DNA of 64,000 bases, taken from IMG/VR virus record IMGVR_UViG_3300027780_000008; one strand, given 5' to 3'. The DNA comes from an uncultured virus (IMG/VR IMGVR_UViG_3300027780_000008). Its lineage: Duplodnaviria > Heunggongvirae > Uroviricota > Caudoviricetes. Made by a program: the position numbers and the translations under genes. The notes under the pieces are model-generated. The model was not told the DNA's origin, searched no databases, and worked only from the letters and a program-made list of their open reading frames with translations. This document shows positions 48,009 to 56,794 of this stretch, one piece after another. The stretch's first letter is position 1; the number at the start of each line of letters is the position of its first letter.

Positions 48009-49252
48009 TTAATTTGTTATTTTGTTATAAGCTTCCCAGATTTTATTATCTACGTGCTCTCCACTATAATAAGAATCTTTTAAATATTTTTCTTGAAGAT
48101 TATAGAATAGTTTTTTATAATGATCTGGGTTTGCATTTAAAAATTCTACTTTCTTTTTTAAATCTTCTGGAGATTTACATCTAATGAAATGACCATCGGA
48201 AATACATTAAATTCTGTATCATAAGATGGGTGTAAGAACGGTATAATACCATAGTGTAACATTTCAGCATACTTAGAAGTTACCATTCCTTCTTTAATAG
48301 GTACACAGAATGTATATTTAGTAGAAAGTAATTCATCGGTCATTGACTCAATTCTTTTTTCACCTTTAAACCATTGTGGATATTCTTTTTTTAGTTCCTC
48401 ATCCCATTTTCCATAAATATCAGTCTTTATATCATTATTTACAATATACTCTTTAACAGGATCCCATCGGTCCATTCCACCAGTTCCTTTACCTTGATTC
48501 TGTAACATCATAAATGAATTAGTCTTTTTCATTTCAAACAATTCATCAGTTTTATATCTAGTCTTATCTAAAAGAAATACAGTTTCAATACCAGAATATT
48601 CATATGTTGATGTAATTGTTTTAACATCTCTTAGTGGTGGATTACAAAAATACTGTTCTTCTTTTGTAAAATTATTTTGTGCTAAGTAATATGTTGGTCT
48701 ATTATTATTACTCCAATCTTTACAAGCTAATACATATCGGTTATCTACAAGCAAACCAACAATTGGAACTTTCTTTTCCAATTCATTCATTGCTTGTATT
48801 ATTGGAGCTGCATAATATTTAAAAAAGTCTAAAGATTTAACTTGCCCTGTTCCATCTACTTTATTAATAAATCCTGGAATGTTAACAGTACTTGATGGTC
48901 CGGTGTAAAAGAAAATAAAATCTAAATCTAATTCTTTTATAAATTTAACAGTTTCATCAGCAGATTTTCTGTTCTCCATTTTAGAATGGAACTCATGAAT
49001 ATTAACCTCAGCTGCTAATTCTGCTTTAACTGGATCTCCAAATAATGACTGAACTGCTGGTTTTTCTTTTGCTCTTACTCTTCCTAAATCATTTGGACTT
49101 AATATCCAATACTCAATATTAGGATTTCTTTTTGCAATTGCATTAATTAATTGCTTAGGTTCACAATCTCCACCGATTGCTCCCCAACTGTTTTCATTAA
49201 ACTTAATCGCTTTACCAAGTTTAAAGAAACCTACTCTTTTAACATTTTTCAT
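48009..49252 (-). CDS. GT-B-fold glycosyltransferase, interrupted by a 1-nt frameshift near 48198
   Basis: SWGAIGGD, IYGKW, TKYTFCVP, VTSKYAEMLHYGIIPFLHPSYD; the -1 frame continues DGHFIRCKSPEDLKKKVEFLNANPDHY... to a stop at 48009. Confidence 0.7.
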
Positions 49253-49957
49253 TTAACACGTTTTAATTAGATCTTCTATTACTGCTTTATCATTTTCATA
49301 TGTTAGATCATACCAACATATATTTAATTCCTCAAACTTTAAATTATTCATTGAATTAATAAGATGGGTAATTTCATATTCATTTCTATTTGACATTTTA
49401 ATACTGTCAAGATTATTAAATGCTTCTTTTGAAAATATCATATAACCACAGAAGTATCTTCCTGAAACAATTCCATGCGGTTTTTCTATAACAACATTTT
49501 CTAATATAGAAGCTAATTGTAAATTTCTTGCACGAGTTCCATAATCTTTATAAGTAACTACTGTACTATTTGGGTCATGATATTCTAATCCTATATTTCC
49601 TTGATAATAGTTATCACCAAATAAACACAAGAATGCTTCATTAAATTTACCTGACCAAACCTTTATAGCTGCACCTGGTCCATATTCATCATCCTTTTGA
49701 AATTCATAAAATATATTAATTTCTTTTTTATACTTATTTAGTTTTTCAATAATAGGGTGAGCTAGTTTTTCATTATTCTTAAAAAAGAAATCAGCTTTAC
49801 TAATTGTTACGTAACAATCTTCTATTCCATTTTCAATACAAAACTCTATACAATACTCTATTGTAGATTTTCCTAAGATAGGATCTACTAATTTATTTTT
49901 ACCGTACCTAGTTGATTTACCAGCTGCTAATATAATTGCTTTATTTACTCTTTTCAT
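49253..49957 (-). CDS. Sugar-1-phosphate nucleotidyltransferase (RmlA-like)
   Basis: AIILAAGKSTRYG.NK, LFGDN, IEKP, SNRNEYEIT, WYD. Confidence 0.88.
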   Translation of the reverse strand: MKRVNKAIILAAGKSTRYGKNKLVDPILGKSTIEYCIEFCIENGIEDCYVTISKADFFFKNNEKLAHPIIEKLNKYKKEINIFYEFQKDDEYGPGAAIKVWSGKFNEAFLCLFGDNYYQGNIGLEYHDPNSTVVTYKDYGTRARNLQLASILENVVIEKPHGIVSGRYFCGYMIFSKEAFNNLDSIKMSNRNEYEITHLINSMNNLKFEELNICWYDLTYENDKAVIEDLIKTC

Positions 49958-50700
49958 TTTGTATATTTAATTTCCAATTCATCAAATAATTCATGGCCTT
50001 TTTTAAGAAAGGTTCCTGCTAATTCATATCTTTCATTTAATTCAAAGAAAGGTACTGCTCCTAATAAATGAACAGCTAAAAAGAATTTTAATTGATATTC
50101 ATCACACCATTCATACATTATCTTTTCTGCGCCTTTGCAGAAAGTACTGTATTTTTTATTAGGGTTATTGTATATATGGGACTCATACTCCATAACAAAA
50201 GATTGCATCAATTTTCCATAATCATAATAATCCTGTTCTTCTGTACCTCTTGGATCAATAAACAAAAAATCATTATCATGTAAAATATTACTTACTGTTA
50301 AATCACCATGTACAAAACCCCATGAAGATGTAGCGTCAAACTTACCTTCATAAGTATAACCAGTCCTTAATTGTAATTTATCAAAATAAGATTGAGTTTT
50401 AACATTTGATCCTATATTATCAAATTTTCCAATAATTGATATTAAATCTTCTAATTGATCAAATGATGATGTTAAAGGTTGTTCTAATATTTTATCATAC
50501 CAAGTTGGAAATCTCTTCATTTCAAAACTGGTTTCTGATAATGGTTTAATCTCAATAAAATTAGGATGATCACAACACATTAAGAAATCCATTTGTTGTT
50601 TAAACTTTTCTGGATAATGTCCTGCTTCTTTTATAACTTTATTACCTTGGAGAAATACCTTATCTCCACTATTTCCTATTAAAATTTTACTATTATACAT
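49954..50700 (-). CDS. APH/choline kinase-like phosphotransferase
   Basis: GNSG, HGDLTVSNIL, FIDPRG, YDYGKL.QS. Confidence 0.85.
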   Translation of the reverse strand: MYNSKILIGNSGDKVFLQGNKVIKEAGHYPEKFKQQMDFLMCCDHPNFIEIKPLSETSFEMKRFPTWYDKILEQPLTSSFDQLEDLISIIGKFDNIGSNVKTQSYFDKLQLRTGYTYEGKFDATSSWGFVHGDLTVSNILHDNDFLFIDPRGTEEQDYYDYGKLMQSFVMEYESHIYNNPNKKYSTFCKGAEKIMYEWCDEYQLKFFLAVHLLGAVPFFELNERYELAGTFLKKGHELFDELEIKYTK

Positions 50701-51230
50701 TTTATTCCTAGTTTACGTGCAAAAGTTAAATCAACATCAGAATCTCCTACCATTAAGAAATCTGCAAAATCATATTGTGGAAACTTTTCCATTATTAATC
50801 GCCCCATATCTGGTGCTGGTTTTTTATTCGGTACATCTTCTCTAGTATATATGTAATCAAATAAAGAAGGATCTATTTGATGATAACTCATAATTCTATC
50901 TACATTTTCTCTAGATGAATTAGATGCTATTACTAAATTTTTAAATACTTTGCTCTTACACATATACAAAAGTAATTCATTTATCTTTGTCTTATGTAAG
51001 TTTTTTGAAAATATTTGTTTTTTGTATTTTTGTGCTAATTTACTTTCCTTAGGAGTTAATTGATATTTTTCTAATAGAACATCCATTCCATAATTAATAT
51101 CAGCAAGAATAGCTGATAGAGGTATTTCTATATTTAGAACTTTCTCTAATGCCTTTCTCCATGAATCAGCGTGAATCTCTATAGTTTTAACTAGAGTATC
51201 ATCAAAGTCTAACATTAAACATTTTTCCAT
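50679..51230 (-). CDS. HAD-family phosphatase/phosphomutase
   Basis: LDFDDTLV, ASNS, KKPAPD, MVGDSDVD. Confidence 0.9.
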   Translation of the reverse strand: MEKCLMLDFDDTLVKTIEIHADSWRKALEKVLNIEIPLSAILADINYGMDVLLEKYQLTPKESKLAQKYKKQIFSKNLHKTKINELLLYMCKSKVFKNLVIASNSSRENVDRIMSYHQIDPSLFDYIYTREDVPNKKPAPDMGRLIMEKFPQYDFADFLMVGDSDVDLTFARKLGIKCIIVKF

Positions 51231-51359
51231 ATAAATTGCGATTTATTATTATATGTAAAAATAAACAAATGTTTTAAGAGTGCTAGAGATATTTTTTAAG
51301 ACAAAAAAAGACCACCAATTAAGGTAGCCTTTTTATTTGTTAATAAAGTAATTTATATG

Positions 51360-51536
51360 TTATAGACTGTTCTTAGTCTCTTGTACATGTAATCTTACTT
51401 CTTGTGCTAGATTTTTAACATCTTGCATAGTTTTACGAATTCTTACTGCAGCAGCTTTATTTCCTTTTACATAAAACTTATCTACATCTTCAGTACACGC
51501 TTCGATTAACGCTTTAATCTCTTCAAATTTTTCCAT
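51360..51536 (-). CDS. Histone H1-like (Hc1-type) small basic protein
   Basis: Manual translation MEKFEEIKALIEACTEDVDKFYVKGNKAAAVRIRKTMQDVKNLAQEVRLHVQETKNSL; KF..GNKAA..R.RK pattern; late-type motif at 51572. Confidence 0.75.
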   Translation of the reverse strand: MEKFEEIKALIEACTEDVDKFYVKGNKAAAVRIRKTMQDVKNLAQEVRLHVQETKNSL

Positions 51537-51584
51537 AATTGTTTGTTTTAATTGTTATTAGTTATTTAATCTATATATTCATCA

Positions 51585-52490
51585 CTAGAACTTGCCTTCA
51601 CGATTTCTGTAAAAGCTTGTTGTTTTAGGAATGTACATATAATTTTTATTCTTGTTACGAACATTGTTCATAACTCTTTTAAACATGTCCCAATCTGCTG
51701 GTAAAACTCCACCTGATCCAGTTGGAGCACCTTTTAATTTAGGAGCAGTGTTTTTCTGTTGGTCTGGATTTCTATATGTTAAATTTCCAGTTATACTTGG
51801 TCTCCACGAAACAGCCGAATGGGAAGTATCATTAGGACCATAACCTTTATTGTTTAATTTTAATTCATAATCTTTTTGCGGCTGCATAAATATTTTCTTA
51901 TCTGTATTCCTAGCAGTTACTTTCTTTTTACTTCTGGTAAATACAAAACCTAAATCAGGAAATTGAGAATATGCTTTAGCTATTAACTCTAGGTGATTAG
52001 GGGCCCATTTATCATCATGGTCTATTCTAACGATATAATCACAACCATCTTTCTTAGCCATGCTTAGTGAGTCATTAAGTGCACCACAGCCTGCAGTAAA
52101 GCGGATCTGTTTAGTAGACCATTTTTTATTATCTCTTTCACCGGGTGTTGATCTATTTTTATATTGTATTTGATTATCAGGAATAATATCTTTAATTACT
52201 GACTTAATCTCTTCATCATTATCATACTTATCAGCAGTTAAGTAAATTTTCCAATTTTTAAACTTTTGAGCTTTAACTGAATTAAGAGCTTCTTTTAATA
52301 CACCAGGAGTAGTCATATGTTCAGCTCTAGTTTTATTTGCTCTACCATCAGTCATATCATGAGTAGCCATTACTATTCCAAATTTAATGTCTTTATTAAT
52401 CTTTGATCCTAAATTCTTTTCAAGTAATATCTGAAAGTTATCAGAGCCTATAAAAGATTCTAATAAACTATATTCTTCAAATGTTATCAT
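51585..52490 (-). CDS. Family 2 (GT-A) glycosyltransferase
   Basis: IVMATH, ALNSVKAQ...NW, GALN, RIDHDDKW.PNHLE, ADWDMF.R. Confidence 0.85.
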   Translation of the reverse strand: MITFEEYSLLESFIGSDNFQILLEKNLGSKINKDIKFGIVMATHDMTDGRANKTRAEHMTTPGVLKEALNSVKAQKFKNWKIYLTADKYDNDEEIKSVIKDIIPDNQIQYKNRSTPGERDNKKWSTKQIRFTAGCGALNDSLSMAKKDGCDYIVRIDHDDKWAPNHLELIAKAYSQFPDLGFVFTRSKKKVTARNTDKKIFMQPQKDYELKLNNKGYGPNDTSHSAVSWRPSITGNLTYRNPDQQKNTAPKLKGAPTGSGGVLPADWDMFKRVMNNVRNKNKNYMYIPKTTSFYRNREGKF

Positions 52491-53602
52491 TTCTTAAAAA
52501 ATGTTTTTATTGACTTTATTATTCTTTTCATATCTTGTTTTGTTAGATCTGAGCCTGAAGGTAAACATATACCTTGTAGGAATAATAAAGAACTATTTCC
52601 ATTTATATATTTTGTATAGCTTTTCATAACTGGTTGCTCATGCATTGGCTTCCATAATCTACGAGCTTCAATGTTATCTTTTTCTAAATGAGCTATTAAA
52701 TCTTCAGGTTTATCTTCACCTTTCATTAGTGCACAAGTTAACCACATATTAGATCTATCAGTTTCTCTCTCTTCTTGAAAAGAATAGAATAAATCACCTA
52801 CTTCTTTTCTATAAATTTGATTAACTTCTCTTGTTCTTTTTATTCTTTCTTCTATATCTTCCATTTGACCTACACCGATTGCAGCAAGAACATTACTCAT
52901 TCTATAATTGTATCCTATTTCAGTATGATGATAAAAAGGTTTACTATCTTTAGCCTGTGTTGAAAGAAATTTCATATAATCGGCATGTTTTTTGTCATTG
53001 GTTACAATAACCCCACCACCGGAAGTAGATAGTAGCTTATTTCCATTAAAAGAATAAACACCAATAGGACCAAAGGTTCCTGTGTGCTTATCATTAAAAG
53101 TAGATCCCAAGCTTTCAGCGGCATCTTCAATAATAGGTATGTCATATTCATCTGATAATTTTTTAATTGCATCCATATTACAAGGTACTCCGAATATATG
53201 GACTGGTATAATTGCTTTTGGTTTTTTACCTAAGGCTGTAGAATTAAGGATTGCTTTTTCTAATAGGATAGGATCCATATTCCAACTACCTTCCTCTGAA
53301 TCAATAAAAATAGGTTCTGCTCCACAGTATATAATTGGACTAACGGTAGCAACAAATGTTAATGATTGACATATAACATAATCACCAGGCTCTACTTTTA
53401 ATGCTCTAAGTGCTAAATGAATTCCTGCTGTACATGAAGTAACAGCTACAGCATATTTAGAATTTGTATATTCTTTAACTTTTTCCTCAAACATATTTAA
53501 GTGAGGGCCTATTGGAGCAATCCAATTATCTTTAAATACATCTTTAATATATTGTAATTCCTTGCCTGACATATGAGGCGGTGATAAGTAAATCTTTTTC
53601 AT
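52487..53602 (-). CDS. DegT/DnrJ/EryC1/StrS sugar aminotransferase (PglE/EpsN-like)
   Basis: IYLSPPHM, IIEDAAESLGS, YSFNGNKLLSTSGGG, GYNYRMSNVLAAIG, R.LWKPMH.QP, CLPSGS. Confidence 0.93.
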   Translation of the reverse strand: MKKIYLSPPHMSGKELQYIKDVFKDNWIAPIGPHLNMFEEKVKEYTNSKYAVAVTSCTAGIHLALRALKVEPGDYVICQSLTFVATVSPIIYCGAEPIFIDSEEGSWNMDPILLEKAILNSTALGKKPKAIIPVHIFGVPCNMDAIKKLSDEYDIPIIEDAAESLGSTFNDKHTGTFGPIGVYSFNGNKLLSTSGGGVIVTNDKKHADYMKFLSTQAKDSKPFYHHTEIGYNYRMSNVLAAIGVGQMEDIEERIKRTREVNQIYRKEVGDLFYSFQEERETDRSNMWLTCALMKGEDKPEDLIAHLEKDNIEARRLWKPMHEQPVMKSYTKYINGNSSLLFLQGICLPSGSDLTKQDMKRIIKSIKTFFKK

Positions 53603-53603
53603 A

Positions 53604-54155
53604 TTATTTAATTTTAGCAGGATTACCGTATGCTGTTGAATTATCAGGAATATTTTTAGTTACAACTGATCCTGCACCAATCATACAATTTTTTCCAATT
53701 TTAATATAAGGTAATACTGTTGCATTAGCACCAATAAAACTACATTCGCCAACCTCAACACCACCACACAAGGTTGCATTAGGACCAATAAAAGTAAAGT
53801 CTTCCAATACACAATCATGGTCAATTGATGCTGCTGTATTAATTATACAATGTTTTCCTATTTTAGTACCAACTTGAATTACTGAACCATGTAATATTTG
53901 AGAACCTGTACCAATTGAGTCTGTATTACAAATAGCAGTATGGTGTATTACAATTTTAAATTCTTTATCTTTTAGCTTATTTGCTATTGCTTTCCTATCT
54001 TTATTATTACCTATTGCAATTATCCAAGGATCCATTACAGTGTCATCAAAATCATCATCATTATAATCTTCAACAAACTGAGGATTTTTTGTATGGTTAA
54101 CTATAGCATCTGTAACTACTCTTGCATGGCCGCCTTTTCCGTAAATATTAATCAT
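53604..54155 (-). CDS. Sugar N-acetyltransferase (PglD/NeuD-like)
   Basis: IYGKGGHARVV, IAIGNNKDR, INTAASIDHDC, hexapeptide repeats, YGNPAK; start moved to the second Met. Confidence 0.9.
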   Translation of the reverse strand: MINIYGKGGHARVVTDAIVNHTKNPQFVEDYNDDDFDDTVMDPWIIAIGNNKDRKAIANKLKDKEFKIVIHHTAICNTDSIGTGSQILHGSVIQVGTKIGKHCIINTAASIDHDCVLEDFTFIGPNATLCGGVEVGECSFIGANATVLPYIKIGKNCMIGAGSVVTKNIPDNSTAYGNPAKIK

Positions 54156-55740
54156 TTTTATCTTTATTAAATTCAAATAAACCTGCTTCCCATAATATGT
54201 CACCAAAACTTAAATGATTAAATGATTCATTAAAGTTATAATTAATAGAATCTTTTAAAGAATTATAATGATTTGCATTTAATATACCACTTGTTAATAT
54301 ATTATATAACTCATCAGCTGTTTTAAAGAAAAGCATTCCTTTCGTATCAAAAGTTTCCCATTGCTTAGTATTAGACTGCCCCCAAATAATAGGTACAGTA
54401 CCAGTTAACATACAATCTAAATGTTTTTCAGTTAAAAAATAAGGAAATTCATTTTCTACTACAATTTCATACCTATAATCTTTTAAACCATCAACCTTAC
54501 TAATTGGATTATTCCAATCAACTGTATGTTTAAGTTTAGACTTAATATGATCTCTGGTTGTGTGTCTTAATGCATGACCTTCCATGCCATAGTTCTTTTG
54601 AGACCATATAGCAGTTACATTTTTTGATTTTGGATAAACTTGCCTATCATTACTGTTAATAAATGTACGAGATCCTGCTATATAATATCTATATTTTTCT
54701 GGATATTTACCAGTACCTTTCCATGCAGGATAATGAACAAATATTAAATCAAAAAGATCTTCATTGGCTGCAATCCAATCAGTAAGAGCTATGTTAAAAG
54801 TATAAGGTTCCATTTGAACCATTACCTTATATTTATGTTTAGAATTTTTAACGATTGTTTCTAAATTATTTAATGAACCATCATAGTCAACAAAAATACC
54901 AATATCAGTAGGATCGTTTGTATATTCAATATATTTACTTGCAGTTGATGGATGTTGGCCTGCTCTTTCCTCTGGTCCAAAATTCCACTTGTCCCAGTAT
55001 AAATTAACTTTTGTTTTTTCTGATAGCATAATATCTTTAAATTTGTTTTTAATATGATTGTGTACATTTGTCCCTGAAGGGTTAGTGTGTCTTAAAATTA
55101 CTTGTCTTGGAGGGATGATCCCATCCACAGGTAATCTATTTTCTCTGGTTGGTACATCGTAATAAATACCAGCATTAAGATGCACACCATCAAGGGAATA
55201 CCAATCCCAGTTAGACGGACCATAAACTTTTGGTATATCATAATACAATGTTTTAAAAATAATATCAGTTTGAGAACACATTTGTTTTAAATAATCATTA
55301 AAAAAACAAGTTATTTTATTTCTTTCATCTACTGTTTTAAAACTTTCTCTTAATTGTACTCCTTGGCGGCCTTCATCTGGTCCTGACGCAATAGGCCCCC
55401 ATACACCTACATTATAACCTAATTTTTTTATCTTAATGATAGTTTGTAAATATCGATTTACACAGATCTCTACTGCTTCTTTATATGTAATATTATTTTT
55501 TTCTGATTGAAATCCTATATGAGATCTAATATCAATTTCACCTGGGGTAAAGAAAATATAATCATTTTTCTTATTAATATTATTATTATCTAAATAATTA
55601 ATTATTTCTGGTACTTGTTTAGTAAGATTATAGGCAAGAACTCCACCTAAATGTTTTACTTTAAATGTGTTACCAAAATCAATATGATCAAAGCATTCTG
55701 CATGACTATCACCTATAATATGTATTGTATTATTTTTCAT
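54148..55740 (-). CDS. SGNH-like domain fused to a GT10 (fucosyltransferase-like) domain
   Basis: N-terminal IIGDSH, GEIDIR.H, DGVHL; C-terminal K...L.DYRYEIVVEN...FLTEK..DC..TGTVPI.WG. Confidence 0.7.
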   Translation of the reverse strand: MKNNTIHIIGDSHAECFDHIDFGNTFKVKHLGGVLAYNLTKQVPEIINYLDNNNINKKNDYIFFTPGEIDIRSHIGFQSEKNNITYKEAVEICVNRYLQTIIKIKKLGYNVGVWGPIASGPDEGRQGVQLRESFKTVDERNKITCFFNDYLKQMCSQTDIIFKTLYYDIPKVYGPSNWDWYSLDGVHLNAGIYYDVPTRENRLPVDGIIPPRQVILRHTNPSGTNVHNHIKNKFKDIMLSEKTKVNLYWDKWNFGPEERAGQHPSTASKYIEYTNDPTDIGIFVDYDGSLNNLETIVKNSKHKYKVMVQMEPYTFNIALTDWIAANEDLFDLIFVHYPAWKGTGKYPEKYRYYIAGSRTFINSNDRQVYPKSKNVTAIWSQKNYGMEGHALRHTTRDHIKSKLKHTVDWNNPISKVDGLKDYRYEIVVENEFPYFLTEKHLDCMLTGTVPIIWGQSNTKQWETFDTKGMLFFKTADELYNILTSGILNANHYNSLKDSINYNFNESFNHLSFGDILWEAGLFEFNKDKND

Positions 55741-56794
55741 AATTTTCTCTTTTAAATTCAGGAACAATACTTTTAACTAATAAGATGATTTTATAAAAAT
55801 CATTTGACCTTAATTTTGATAATTTTTCTATTTTTGGAATTATACTTTTAAAGTCATAATCTTCATGATTTAATTTCATAATATGCTTATCATTGGTAAT
55901 TATCATATTTTCCCCATCACATAATAATTCTTCATATAATTTTTCACCAGGTCTTAAACCAATATATTTAATTTCTGCTTTACTCTCAAAGTGTTTAATT
56001 AAATTTTTTGCTAGATCATTAATAGAAACAGGTTCTCCCATATCAAATAAAAATACCTCGCCACCTTTACCTAATACACTAGCTTGTAATACCAATTGGC
56101 ATGCTTCTGGTATGGTCATAAAATATCTAATGACTTCTTTGTGAGTTACACTAACAGGACCGCCTCCTTTTATTTGTTTTATAAATGTTGGAATTACAGA
56201 ACCTTCAGATCCTAAAACATTACCAAATCTTGTAACTATAAATGATGTTGATGATTTGGTTTCTAAAAATTGAGTATATAATTCTGCTATTCTTTTAGTT
56301 GCACCCATTATGTTTGTAGGATTAACTGCTTTATCAGTTGATACCATTACAAATTTATCCACTTCATTCATGAAAGAAATATCAGCAACATTTTTTGTAC
56401 CTAATACGTTTGTTTTAATTGCTTCTATTGGATTTAACTCCATCATAGGAACATGTTTATATGCAGCTGCATGAAATACCACTTCTGGTTTAAAACTTTC
56501 AAATACTTCTTCTAATCTATACTTATCTCTTACATCTCCTATAACATATTTAATATGAGACTTAGGATAATCTTTACTAATTTCTTGTTCTAGATGAAAC
56601 ATTGATGCTTCTGCATTATCAAAGACAGTTACAGATGATGCATTAAATTTAACAAGCTGCCTTACTATTTCACTACCTATAGACCCAGCCCCACCTGTAA
56701 CCATAATACGTTTTCCATTAACAAAATCTTTAATGGTTTCAGTATCTGTAAAAATAGGTTTACGATTTAATAGCTTAGTATAGTCTAGATTCAT
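55730..56794 (-). CDS. UDP-GlcNAc 4,6-dehydratase (PglF/CapD catalytic domain)
   Basis: VTGGAGSIGSE, FHAAAYKHVP, STDKAVNPTNIMGATKR, RFGNVLGS.GSV, LRPGEKLYEEL. Confidence 0.93.
   Translation of the reverse strand: MNLDYTKLLNRKPIFTDTETIKDFVNGKRIMVTGGAGSIGSEIVRQLVKFNASSVTVFDNAEASMFHLEQEISKDYPKSHIKYVIGDVRDKYRLEEVFESFKPEVVFHAAAYKHVPMMELNPIEAIKTNVLGTKNVADISFMNEVDKFVMVSTDKAVNPTNIMGATKRIAELYTQFLETKSSTSFIVTRFGNVLGSEGSVIPTFIKQIKGGGPVSVTHKEVIRYFMTIPEACQLVLQASVLGKGGEVFLFDMGEPVSINDLAKNLIKHFESKAEIKYIGLRPGEKLYEELLCDGENMIITNDKHIMKLNHEDYDFKSIIPKIEKLSKLRSNDFYKIILLVKSIVPEFKRENYEK

Noticed and set aside
48190..48210. Programmed -1 frameshift in the glycosyltransferase
   Set aside because: No slippery heptamer or obvious stimulatory structure; a simple 1-nt deletion is more parsimonious.
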